64,000 nucleotides of DNA from Candidatus Woesearchaeota archaeon (GTDB lineage: Archaea; Nanobdellota; Nanobdellia; Pacearchaeales; GW2011-AR1): the NCBI GenBank assembly GCA_964534185.1, contig CAZHOH010000002.1:10558-74557 (forward strand), written 5' to 3'. The translations under genes and the position numbers were made by a program. Position 1 is the first letter of the stretch; the number at the start of each line of letters is the position of its first letter. Below the pieces are notes generated by a model. It was not told where the DNA came from. It did no database searches and was given only the letters and a program-made list of their open reading frames with translations. Shown here one piece after another: positions 17,149 to 25,656 of the stretch.

Positions 17149-17942
17149 CTTCTCACCACCACTAGCGTCGTGTCGTCCGGCAGCAGGCCCTTCTGCTCTT
17201 CCAGAAGACGGTTCTCGTAATCCACCTTGCGCGAGTTCCTGTTGATCAGGCGCAGCCGTCGAGAGACGGCGAAGGAGTTCCTGAAGTAGCGGTCATCAGC
17301 CCAGAACTGGGAGAGAGCGCCAACCTCCTCGCTCTTCCCCGGGAGTCTCCGGCGCCTGAGTTCCGGGATGTTATCAACCCCGTCGGTCCCGACAAGAATG
17401 GACTCGATGTCCGCCGTCTTCCACTCCCAACGATCGAAGGCGCTCCTGTCCCGCTGGTCCGGGTTCGTAACCGCGTATCCGATATAGGACGGCGCGTTGT
17501 TCTGGTCGATGGAATGAACGACGAGTCCCTCCGACAAGGTGCAGCGGTTAATCAGGCCGTCCCCGCACGACAGCACGGTTGTCTTCTCGTCGTCCATGAC
17601 CAGGACGATGGAGGTAAAGAGGAAGAAATCTGAGACGGCACTCGAGAGGCTGTCACTGACCCATTCCGAGACCACGGACAACTTCGAGGCCACCTCCATG
17701 CGCAGCCTCTCCTGGTCGACGCGGCCCAGCCTCCTTTTCTGCGCCCATGCCGACATCACGAGCATGCGGGCCCCGAGCAGCGCGCCTGCCTCGCTATACC
17801 TCCCGCTGCCGCAGCCGTCGCACACGGCCGCGACAATTAGGTTGTCGTCGGTCTTCCAGAAGTAGGAGTCTTGGTTGTTCCGGCCGGCCATCTCGTGATC
17901 GCGGCCCCTGACGCTCCCACCGGCAATTTGGAATCCGTTCAC
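17118..17942 (-). CDS. PP2C-family protein phosphatase
   Basis: RGRDHEMAGRNNQDSY, AAVCDGCGSG, VGTDGV. GTG start. 31-nt overlap with the kinase start. Confidence 0.85.
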   Translation of the reverse strand: MNGFQIAGGSVRGRDHEMAGRNNQDSYFWKTDDNLIVAAVCDGCGSGRYSEAGALLGARMLVMSAWAQKRRLGRVDQERLRMEVASKLSVVSEWVSDSLSSAVSDFFLFTSIVLVMDDEKTTVLSCGDGLINRCTLSEGLVVHSIDQNNAPSYIGYAVTNPDQRDRSAFDRWEWKTADIESILVGTDGVDNIPELRRRRLPGKSEEVGALSQFWADDRYFRNSFAVSRRLRLINRNSRKVDYENRLLEEQKGLLPDDTTLVVVRRCKSTSEASA

Positions 17943-18038
17943 GGGTCAACTGCTTTCCTAAATGCGGCAACTCGTAGAAGTCACCAAGGATTGGGTTCTT
18001 GCCCGCAAGCGCACATGTACGTACGCTTTGACAAGAAC

Positions 18039-19040
18039 CTAAATGAACTCTACCCCCCGGGGGGACAGGCGAACGCGCCTTATCTTGATCGTCTCGCTCT
18101 CGTCAAGTTGCTCTTGCCAAGCATCCCGGGATAGGTCGATGGTTCTTTTGTCCTCGAAGAGGGCAGGCCCCGAAACCAACTCCAGAGGCACGTCTCCGAT
18201 GAAGGCCCCCCAGGCCTCCAGCGGCTCGCTCTCCTCCATTAGTTGGAGCGCGCGGCGGAAGGCTGGCATCAGGCGGGCAATGTAAAACGCCCGGTGAACA
18301 CCATGTTCGCTGTCGTCCGCAATCATATCCTGCCAACACACGTCCAGCGTATGTTTGTGTATGCGCAAGAGACAGTCATCCAGCTCTCCCTTGGGCAGGA
18401 CAGCCGGGGTTGCAACGTTCTCCTGTTCCCGGAGAACCTTCCACTCCTTGATGATGCGGACGATGGGGTCGCTCGGGGGCTGCTTCTCAAGGTCTTCCTC
18501 CATCCACCCTTCATGCGTTGTGGCAAGGTGGTAGAACTCCTCCATGCTGCAGACGTCACATTCGGACGACTGACGGAGCGCGTCGAACAAGATGTCTCGC
18601 ATGCGGCTGACGTTGGCGCAGCAGGCGGGCAGGATCTTGCTCTCGCATCCGCAAATATCGACCCATGTTATGGCGGCAAGTTGGATGCTGACGGCCCTGA
18701 GTTGGCCCTCAAAGTCATGGTCATATATCGGTTTCAATACGGATTCGTGACGGCTCTCATCTACCTTCAATGCGACGCGCGCATCCATGTTGCGCATGGC
18801 CTCGTCGGTTTTGCGCTGCGCGGCCTGGACAGCCTGGTCTCCCATCTCCTCTACGGTGCGCCGCCCCTTGAAGGTCGCCCGGATCTCGTAGGTCACCCGA
18901 ACCGCCTCGGCATAGCCGTGGTCCATCAGCCACTTCAGATCCTCCCACTCGGGATGGCTGCGCTCGGCATTTAACTGCTGCTCGTGAACCAGCCTCCGCA
19001 GGGTCGACAGACGTTGCTTCTTCTTCTCAACCATGGACAT
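18039..19040 (-). CDS. hypothetical protein (333 aa), Cys-rich centre
   Basis: ORF with an AGGAGA RBS. No family recognised. Confidence 0.65.
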   Translation of the reverse strand: MSMVEKKKQRLSTLRRLVHEQQLNAERSHPEWEDLKWLMDHGYAEAVRVTYEIRATFKGRRTVEEMGDQAVQAAQRKTDEAMRNMDARVALKVDESRHESVLKPIYDHDFEGQLRAVSIQLAAITWVDICGCESKILPACCANVSRMRDILFDALRQSSECDVCSMEEFYHLATTHEGWMEEDLEKQPPSDPIVRIIKEWKVLREQENVATPAVLPKGELDDCLLRIHKHTLDVCWQDMIADDSEHGVHRAFYIARLMPAFRRALQLMEESEPLEAWGAFIGDVPLELVSGPALFEDKRTIDLSRDAWQEQLDESETIKIRRVRLSPRGVEFI

Positions 19041-19093
19041 TGCGGTTCTCCTAGGCCAACTGGGGCTGTCATGCCTCGCGCTTGACTGTGTTC

Positions 19094-19122
19094 AATATAG
19101 ACCCCACGGAGATCAAAGGCAA
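19094..19122 (-). promoter_or_regulatory. candidate sigma-70-type promoter for the 333aa-PP2C-kinase-hydrolase-vWA block
   Basis: Minus strand: TTGCCT (19122-19117), 17 nt spacer, TATATT (19099-19094). It lies in the 158-nt gap upstream of the ATG at 19040. Confidence 0.35.
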
Positions 19123-19198
19123 GTTGGTCTGTACAACGAGTCCATGAGGCGCCCTATGACAGCCCGCATTGTCCGCAATCCCAGCTTCAACGTACGAT

Positions 19199-19945
19199 TC
19201 ACTCAAGGTTTTGATCATCCTGTTGCGGCAGCGGCAGTGGGCCAGGCGTATATTCAGCCTCGTCATGTTCTCGTCCGCAACAGGCGCACCAGTATGATCC
19301 ATCGGCAGGGTCAAGATCGATCTGCCCACACTCAGGACAGCAAGTCGGGACACCACACCAGTCCGTCAGTTCCTCCAGTTCATATTCTCGGCCTATTTCG
19401 TCGTAGGCCCTGAATTTCTCGGGCACATGGCAGGTCCGCTTGACCCGTACAATCCCGTAGTGCCCTCGCCACAACGCGTGGCGCGCAGCATACAGCCCCT
19501 CGCATCGTGGCTGATGCTTCATGGGCTCCCATATTTCGTCTGCTATCAAATTGCCTGCTTTCTCAAACTCGCCGTCTCGGTTTGCTTCAGCGTCTTGGTT
19601 GATTTCCTTGTCGAAAATCATTATGGCATCGACTTTCCCAGAGACGCATTGCGCCGAGCAGTTCAGGCCTATCCCCTGCGACAAGGCCACTCCCAGCATC
19701 GCGGTGTGTTGGCGTTCAGAGGTCTTGATGTGCTTCGCGGGGGCGTAAACGTATATACATACCTCACACTCAAGATCCTCGAAATTTACAAAGATCTTCT
19801 GTGGCCACAAGTTGTTAATGGCCCACTTGCGACAGACATCTCGCAAGACATTTAGTCTCCTCATCCACTTCCGATCAGCATCCTCATGCCTATGTCTCTT
19901 CTGGTACTCTTCCAGCAACTGCAAGATTTCGTTAGCGTCAGTCAT
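19199..19945 (-). CDS. hypothetical protein with C-terminal zinc ribbon
   Basis: CCPECGQIDLDPADGSYWCACCG. The start overlaps the upstream stop as ATGA. Confidence 0.6.
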   Translation of the reverse strand: MTDANEILQLLEEYQKRHRHEDADRKWMRRLNVLRDVCRKWAINNLWPQKIFVNFEDLECEVCIYVYAPAKHIKTSERQHTAMLGVALSQGIGLNCSAQCVSGKVDAIMIFDKEINQDAEANRDGEFEKAGNLIADEIWEPMKHQPRCEGLYAARHALWRGHYGIVRVKRTCHVPEKFRAYDEIGREYELEELTDWCGVPTCCPECGQIDLDPADGSYWCACCGREHDEAEYTPGPLPLPQQDDQNLE

Positions 19946-20361
19946 TTATTGTCCTTGTAGAGCGGTATGCCATCGGAGCACGCCCCGTCATATTTCTCGG
20001 CACAAGACGAACAAACGTCTGCCTCGTAAACCGTGCCCCAGCAGTTCCAATCTATCCTGCGCTCGGCCACCGCTCCGCAGCAATGACACTTCAAGTCGAG
20101 ATCCCACTTTCTCTTCGGTACGTAGGAGTGCCACATGAGTCCGTACCTGATGTCAAGGTAGGCCTTGTTCTCCTCTTCTTTCAGGTGCTCCTTGGTGGAA
20201 CTGGCCGCCGAGAAGAAGTCTGTCGCCTCGACCTTCCCACGGGCACGACCCAACTTCCAAGCCGCCTCCAGGGCTCTCGCTATAGCCACGGACGAGTCGT
20301 CAAGGCCAAACCTCTTTAGCACCATCGGTATTTCGCGGAATTCCAAGCAATCTAGTTGCAT
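19942..20361 (-). CDS. hypothetical Cys-rich protein (139 aa)
   Basis: KCHCCGAV...NCWG...CSSCAEKYDGAC. AGGAGG RBS. First gene after the divergent intergenic region. Confidence 0.6.
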   Translation of the reverse strand: MQLDCLEFREIPMVLKRFGLDDSSVAIARALEAAWKLGRARGKVEATDFFSAASSTKEHLKEEENKAYLDIRYGLMWHSYVPKRKWDLDLKCHCCGAVAERRIDWNCWGTVYEADVCSSCAEKYDGACSDGIPLYKDNK

Positions 20362-20382
20362 AATTCATGCCTCCTTACCTAT

Positions 20383-20432
20383 ATTATAGCGCGCCTTTTG
20401 AAAACAAGAAAGGGCCTCGAACGTTGTATAAT
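20383..20432. promoter_or_regulatory. divergent promoter region (strand switch)
   Basis: TATAAT on the minus strand (rc of atatta at ~20383-20388) lies just upstream of the AGGAGG RBS. TTGTATAAT on the plus strand is at 20424-20432. Confidence 0.3.
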
Positions 20433-20461
20433 TAAGACGGAGAGTATTAAGGAGTACAACA

Positions 20462-20722
20462 GTGAGTGACACGACGGACAAGAGTTTTCACGACGCGGGG
20501 CCGCTCATGCGGCCTCAGGTAAAGACCGACGGCGGCCCCTGGGCCACCCACAACATGCCCTGCTGCATTCATGCCGATTCGCACGCTGTATACGATCTTG
20601 GCACGGGCATATTCCACCCCTCCTGGAAGGCCCAGAAAGAGGGATGGGCCTTGGTGAAACTGCCCGGCTGGGCATGCTGGCTTCTCAAGAAGTACCGCAT
20701 GCGGAACGGACCGCCTCGATAG
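20462..20722 (+). CDS. hypothetical protein (86 aa), GTG start
   Basis: TAAGGAG lies 7 nt upstream of the GTG. No motif recognised. Confidence 0.4.
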   Translation: MSDTTDKSFHDAGPLMRPQVKTDGGPWATHNMPCCIHADSHAVYDLGTGIFHPSWKAQKEGWALVKLPGWACWLLKKYRMRNGPPR

Positions 20723-20822
20723 GGTCCGCGCGCCTTGGAAAGTTACTTGGGTCCGCGCCGGAGCACGGCGGCGTGACACTAAGTAAAAAAGACAGACTTT
20801 TGTCTTGACCAAGGAGCGCGCT

Positions 20823-21467
20823 ATGAGTAACCTGACTTTCCGCTACCCCGACGACCCCGCACGGATGCCGGCGGACCAACTCCCCAGACTGGAGAGAATG
20901 AGTCCGGGTCTATGGTGGGGGTTTACAAAGGGTGACGGATGGCGACGGCCTGCCTACTGCGAAGGGAGTGGAGTCTGGACGTTCCACTCGAAGCGCGGTG
21001 ACGGAATCGAGGCCCGCAAGTCCCCTCCCAAGGGGCTAGTCGAACTTTTCTCCGCGATGGATTGGCCTGAAGGTATCGCCATCGACATGGAGTGGATGGG
21101 GCCCCGGCTACGGGAACATTTCCCAACCGAAGACGACCACGAGTTCTGGATCTTCGACATGACCTACTGCGCGTGGAAATGGCAGGGAAAGACACCCTTT
21201 GCAAAAAGGTGGGTGCACCTGTCAGAAATCTTCCACGACGCGGCCCGCGGCAAACCCGAGAACTTCCCCCGGGTGAGGCTGCTGGCGCCCTACAAGGAGA
21301 ACCTGGCGCAGGCGTTCGAGCAGGAACAAGCAAACCCCCTGTCCGAGGGCCTGGTTCTGCGGCACGTCCGAGGGCACCTCGTTGGCGACCTCAACGGACC
21401 CAGGAAGAATCCGGGCGCCATGAAGAAAGTAAAGTACCGGAACGCGAAAGAGAAGACTGCATTCTAA
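20823..21467 (+). CDS. minimal ATP-dependent polynucleotide ligase (nucleotidyltransferase domain only)
   Basis: FTKGDGWR (motif I KxDGxR), WIFDM (III), EGLVLRH (IV), MKKVKY (V). Start reset to ATG 20823 with an AAGGAG RBS. At 214 aa there is no room for an OB domain. Confidence 0.65.
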   Translation: MSNLTFRYPDDPARMPADQLPRLERMSPGLWWGFTKGDGWRRPAYCEGSGVWTFHSKRGDGIEARKSPPKGLVELFSAMDWPEGIAIDMEWMGPRLREHFPTEDDHEFWIFDMTYCAWKWQGKTPFAKRWVHLSEIFHDAARGKPENFPRVRLLAPYKENLAQAFEQEQANPLSEGLVLRHVRGHLVGDLNGPRKNPGAMKKVKYRNAKEKTAF

Positions 21468-21483
21468 TTATGATTCCGAGTTG

Positions 21484-21504
21484 CTCCCGGGTTTTGCCCG
21501 GGAG
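21484..21504 (+). promoter_or_regulatory. 8-bp GC hairpin CTCCCGGG-ttttg-CCCGGGAG between the ligase and sigma genes
   Basis: Read directly. It sits 17 nt after the ligase stop and 27 nt before the sigma ATG. No U-tract. Confidence 0.35.
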
Positions 21505-21531
21505 ATGATTGAAAGAAAAAGGAGGATGACC

Positions 21532-22407
21532 ATGGGCAGAGGCAACGAGAAGGACGATATTCGCTTGTATCTCGAGCAAGCAGGGGAGTATGAATTGCTT
21601 ACGCGCGATGAGGAGATGCGTCTCGCGAGGGCCTGGCGTGAGAACCATGACGAGACAGCACGAGAGAAACTTGGCTTGCATAACCTGCGTCTTGTCGTGA
21701 GCATCGCCGTCAAGTACACGTGCTCCTTCATGTCTCTCATGGACTTCATCCAGGAGGGCAACATCGGGCTGATGAAGGCGATCGACAAGTTCGACCCAGA
21801 CAGGGGAAACAGGCTCTCCACCGTCGCTACTTGGTGGATATGGCAGTCGATCGGTCGCGCGGTAAGCGAGAAAGGCGGCAACGTAATCCGGCTCCCCGTC
21901 AATACGAGGAACATCCTGCACAAGTTCAGCAAGACCAAGTCGGAACTCGCCCACAGTCTCATGCGCGACCCGGAAGACGAGGATGTCATCGAGGCGATGG
22001 ACCTGTCGGAGCCCCAGGAGGCGTGCCTGAGGAACGCTTTGGCTTCCAGGGTCGTCTCCGTGGAGGACGAAGAGAGTAGCTGCGGGATCGAGAACCTCTT
22101 CGGAGAGCTCGAGGAGAACATCTCTGAGTTCGATGACTACCGGGTAAGGGACGCCATCAGCATTGCGCTTAACAGCAAGGAGCGCATGATCATCAGCCTC
22201 CGCTACGGGCTAGACGACGGCAAGCAACGCACGCTCGATACGGTGGGCCAAGAGCTCGAGCTGACGAGGGAGCGCGTCCGCCAGATCGAAAGCCAGGCCC
22301 TGGACAAATTGTCGCTCTTCCTGTCAGGGTCGCTTATTTATTTAAATCCACGCCACTCGGGCAAATCCGGCTTGCAGCAGGACTGCAAATCAGGAGTTGA
22401 CTGCTGA
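21532..22407 (+). CDS. sigma-70 family RNA polymerase sigma factor
   Basis: DFIQEGNIGLMKAIDKFDPDRGNRLSTVATWWIWQSI (regions 2.2-2.4) and LDTVGQELELTRERVRQIESQALDKL (region 4.2). ATG 21532 lies 6 nt after GGAGG. Confidence 0.9.
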   Translation: MGRGNEKDDIRLYLEQAGEYELLTRDEEMRLARAWRENHDETAREKLGLHNLRLVVSIAVKYTCSFMSLMDFIQEGNIGLMKAIDKFDPDRGNRLSTVATWWIWQSIGRAVSEKGGNVIRLPVNTRNILHKFSKTKSELAHSLMRDPEDEDVIEAMDLSEPQEACLRNALASRVVSVEDEESSCGIENLFGELEENISEFDDYRVRDAISIALNSKERMIISLRYGLDDGKQRTLDTVGQELELTRERVRQIESQALDKLSLFLSGSLIYLNPRHSGKSGLQQDCKSGVDC

Positions 22408-22408
22408 C

Positions 22409-22678
22409 CTAGCGGCCGCCCGCTAGCGACTGTAACCAATTCTCCGTACCTATATTCACGCGACCACTCCAAAGGACCTCATCAAGGTCCTGATCAGCCA
22501 CCTCTATATCCCAAGCTACCCGATCAGTCGATTGATGGCCGGTGAGGACAATATTATCATCAGTCACCTGCCACATCTGCGGAATACCACTGCGATCCAC
22601 TTCAAATGCAGTTGCCTTCCAAGGTCCACCAGAAGCCAACATCTGCACAACCGTAGGGCCGGTTGGATCCTCAGGCAA
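22409..22678 (-). CDS. hypothetical protein (89 aa or shorter)
   Basis: ORF convergent with the sigma gene, in a lower-GC islet. The start (TTG 22678 or ATG 22642) is uncertain. Confidence 0.4.
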   Translation of the reverse strand: MPEDPTGPTVVQMLASGGPWKATAFEVDRSGIPQMWQVTDDNIVLTGHQSTDRVAWDIEVADQDLDEVLWSGRVNIGTENWLQSLAGGR

Positions 22679-22703
22679 ATTATCAGCAATCCTATCGATT
22701 TCA

Positions 22704-23216
22704 TTAATCCGTCTTCGCCCCTTTAGGTACCCATTCTACGAAGTCAGCGCAAATTTGATAAAATTCCTGACCCTCCTCATCAGGATGGTGGAACGACAAT
22801 ATCTGTATCCCCCGATACAGCCGTGTAGATTCTACTGTGAGAAGCCTCCCCTTCAACTCCTCACCCCTTTTCCTGGCCCATTCCTTTTCTTCCTTCGTAG
22901 CCCTATCATCCCCTTTGGGCCAAGTCACTATCCTGAAGAAATCGCCCTTCTTGAATCTGTGAGACATCCTCAATCCTGCAGAGCCAATCTTGCCTCCTCC
23001 ATGCCCCTTTTTTCCGGACTGCTTATCAAGATACAACATCTTAGGAACAACCACCGAAGTATACTCACGTACAGTGTCCTCATCTGGCGAGAACTCACGA
23101 TCATCTGGATCACAATAAACACGACAATAAGCCAAAAACCGCGCCTGCAGCTCATCATCAGTCTGCACATAATAAAAAGCGTCCTCACCACTATTCATCA
23201 TAACCTGGATCAACAT
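22704..23216 (-). CDS. hypothetical protein (170 aa)
   Basis: ORF 22704..23255. ATG 23216 (MLIQVMMNSG) is preceded by GGAAGGAGAG. Lower-GC islet. Confidence 0.5.
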   Translation of the reverse strand: MLIQVMMNSGEDAFYYVQTDDELQARFLAYCRVYCDPDDREFSPDEDTVREYTSVVVPKMLYLDKQSGKKGHGGGKIGSAGLRMSHRFKKGDFFRIVTWPKGDDRATKEEKEWARKRGEELKGRLLTVESTRLYRGIQILSFHHPDEEGQEFYQICADFVEWVPKGAKTD

Positions 23217-23355
23217 AATTCTCTCCTTCCTTGCCCCTGGTCTTGCCTCCTCCACGCCCCTTTTTTCCGGGCTGGTGGGCGCAGTCCGGACTTAATAAAG
23301 ACCTCCAAAGACCTCCTCCAAGACCTACCACCGGTTGCATATTAAAATGCATACT

Positions 23356-25599
23356 TCAGTTGTCAATTTCTTGATCCACGTCCACCCACTGGTTGGCCAA
23401 GGGGTAGATGACCTTCATGATCGCCTTGTCAATTCTATGGCTTTTCCCGTTGATCATGTGCCATATTACCCCCCTCAAAACGGCCGGGGCATCTTTCTGG
23501 GCGATTCCTAGCTTCTTCTTGGCCTGCGAGTCGCCCTTGTCGTAGTGCTTGGCCAGAAAGTCGTTGGCCATGGCCAAGATCCTAGACTTTGCCTCGTCGT
23601 ACTGGGACTCGATCTTGTCCTTGTATTGCTCGGCCAGTTCGCGCATTTCCTCCGGAATCTCGGCCATTCGAGACTCCGAGACCTTGCCGTCCGACATCGC
23701 CTCCCACATCAAGATGGGCGAGAGGCCCATCATGACCTTCGACATGTCCTTGTACCAGTCGGTCTTGACCTTTACCCTGCGGCCGTCCTGAAACCTTATG
23801 ACGTACCCCTCGAAGTGCTTGGCTTTACTCGCCACCTCCAGGCAGTCTTCCAGGCTCAGCGAGTCGTAGCGCCGAACGACATGCAAATCGGCCAGTCTGG
23901 CCCACTCCTCGACCAGGTCGCGCGGGTACTCCTCCCCGGTATGGCGGTTGAAGGCCGCCAGCACGTAGAGCCCCGTCTCGTCGTAGTCCAGGATGATCTT
24001 CTGGTCATGATTGATGATCTCGAAGACCAGCGTCGCCTCGTCCGGCAAGGCCGACAGGTTCTTGCGCGAGATGTACTGTGTGGCCCACTGCGACCCAGGG
24101 GAATGGAACGACCCCCGGCTGGCCACCTTGTACTCGCCCTGGTGGCGGTAGAGGACGCCAAGCCATCCATCCAGCTTCTCGTAGACCTCGTAGGGCTTGT
24201 CCCACGGGAGGTTCTCGCGAAGGGTCTCCTCGCGCTCCCCGAGGTTGAAGAACTTTGGAAACGCCCAGGCCACGCACTCCCCCGTCTCAAGATCATAGAT
24301 GTGGCCACGGCAGTTCAGCGTCACGTCGTCCCAGGCGCGATCGAATACACACTGGTCGGTATAGGTGTAGATCGCCAGCCTGTCGTCGTCCGTCCTGTCC
24401 CCGCGCAGCAGGCCCGCCTCCATGTACGCCTCCCTGCGGGCGACGTGCTCGTGGGGGTTCTCCTTACACCCGGGGAAGGAGTTCGTCGCGTAGGCGCGCT
24501 TGGCCTGGACGTAGTGGGGCCGCTGGGTAGCGGAGTCCCAGAACTTCAGGTACCCGCCGAACACGCAGCCGCCGTCAAGGTGGGCGATGTTGTTATAGCA
24601 TGGCCCCGCGGGGTCGGGGTTGTGCCCGAAGAAGACCCTCGGGGCGTCGGACGGCCATAGACGGTTCCACAAGATCCCCGTCTGCGCGTCGAAGTAGGAG
24701 TCCCCTCCGTAGTAGCGCATGTAGAGGCAGTCGGACCTGAACTGCTCGTCCGGGTCTCGCGTCGGGTCGAATCCCGCGTGGACAACGTAGCCATGGGGAA
24801 CCCGGAGGATCAGTGGGCAGCCCTTGAGGAAGGAGACGAACTCATCCTTTACCTGCTCGCCGTCCTCGTCCTGCTGGAACGAGTCGATCGTTGCCTGCAG
24901 GCCATGGGCTAGCTTGACCGGGTTGCCCTTGGCCCAGCGCAGGAACTTGTCCTCGTGGTTTCCAAGGACCATGTGGAGGTTGAGGGACATGAGGTGTCGC
25001 ACCACCCCCAAGGGGTCTGGCCCTCGGTCGATGACGTCCCCTACCGAGACGAGCACGTCCTGCTCGGGACGAAACCCAAGCTCGACGAGGCCCTGCTGAA
25101 ACTCGTCATAGCACCCGTGTATGTCGCCGACGATGATGTAGCGGCGGCCCCCGATCTCATCGCGGACGTCCTTAACGAGGACGCTGCACGGGGCTTCGCC
25201 CTCTACTGTCAACTCGTCGGCCTCCCTCCTCGATGGCGCCTGGAACTGCGAGAAGTACATGCCGAGGGCCTTTCCCGCGTTCTCCGGGCGCAGCGTGGGA
25301 TGTTTGCCACGCGAGGCGATCCTCTCGCGGCACACGTCGCAGTTCTCGTTCAGCCATACGATCTTAGTGTGATAACCGGCCTTCTTGGCGGGAGACAGGT
25401 ACCGGCGCCGCTGCTGGCGATTGTGGTTGATGCGGTCGACGACGACGTTGTCCCCGCGCGCCACTGCCTCCTCGAACAGGCGCAGGTGATCCTTGCCCTG
25501 ATCGTCCTGGGAAACCCGCACGTAGCCCTTGAGGTTCTTGTCGCAGTAAGTCGTCTTGCCCGACCCCTGCGGGCCAACCATCAGCACGAGATCGCTCAT
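23356..25599 (-). CDS. trifunctional polynucleotide kinase / metallophosphoesterase / RNA-ligase-type protein (Pnkp-like)
   Basis: N-terminus: GPQGSGKTT (P-loop kinase). Middle: VGDIHGC, GDVIDRGPD, GNHE (calcineurin-like phosphatase). C-terminus: YEKLDGWLGV (KxDG adenylyltransferase motif I). AAGGAGG RBS. Confidence 0.85.
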   Translation of the reverse strand: MSDLVLMVGPQGSGKTTYCDKNLKGYVRVSQDDQGKDHLRLFEEAVARGDNVVVDRINHNRQQRRRYLSPAKKAGYHTKIVWLNENCDVCRERIASRGKHPTLRPENAGKALGMYFSQFQAPSRREADELTVEGEAPCSVLVKDVRDEIGGRRYIIVGDIHGCYDEFQQGLVELGFRPEQDVLVSVGDVIDRGPDPLGVVRHLMSLNLHMVLGNHEDKFLRWAKGNPVKLAHGLQATIDSFQQDEDGEQVKDEFVSFLKGCPLILRVPHGYVVHAGFDPTRDPDEQFRSDCLYMRYYGGDSYFDAQTGILWNRLWPSDAPRVFFGHNPDPAGPCYNNIAHLDGGCVFGGYLKFWDSATQRPHYVQAKRAYATNSFPGCKENPHEHVARREAYMEAGLLRGDRTDDDRLAIYTYTDQCVFDRAWDDVTLNCRGHIYDLETGECVAWAFPKFFNLGEREETLRENLPWDKPYEVYEKLDGWLGVLYRHQGEYKVASRGSFHSPGSQWATQYISRKNLSALPDEATLVFEIINHDQKIILDYDETGLYVLAAFNRHTGEEYPRDLVEEWARLADLHVVRRYDSLSLEDCLEVASKAKHFEGYVIRFQDGRRVKVKTDWYKDMSKVMMGLSPILMWEAMSDGKVSESRMAEIPEEMRELAEQYKDKIESQYDEAKSRILAMANDFLAKHYDKGDSQAKKKLGIAQKDAPAVLRGVIWHMINGKSHRIDKAIMKVIYPLANQWVDVDQEIDN

Positions 25600-25656
25600 C
25601 TTGCCTCCTTGCCGGGTATTCTACCAACGCACGACAGGTTCGGCAACAGCCGGAAA

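Noticed and set aside
22542-23345. 267-aa plus-strand ORF in the low-GC islet
   Set aside because: The translation is low-complexity and Leu/Ile/Pro/Ser-rich with no RBS. It lies antisense to two better-supported minus-strand ORFs.
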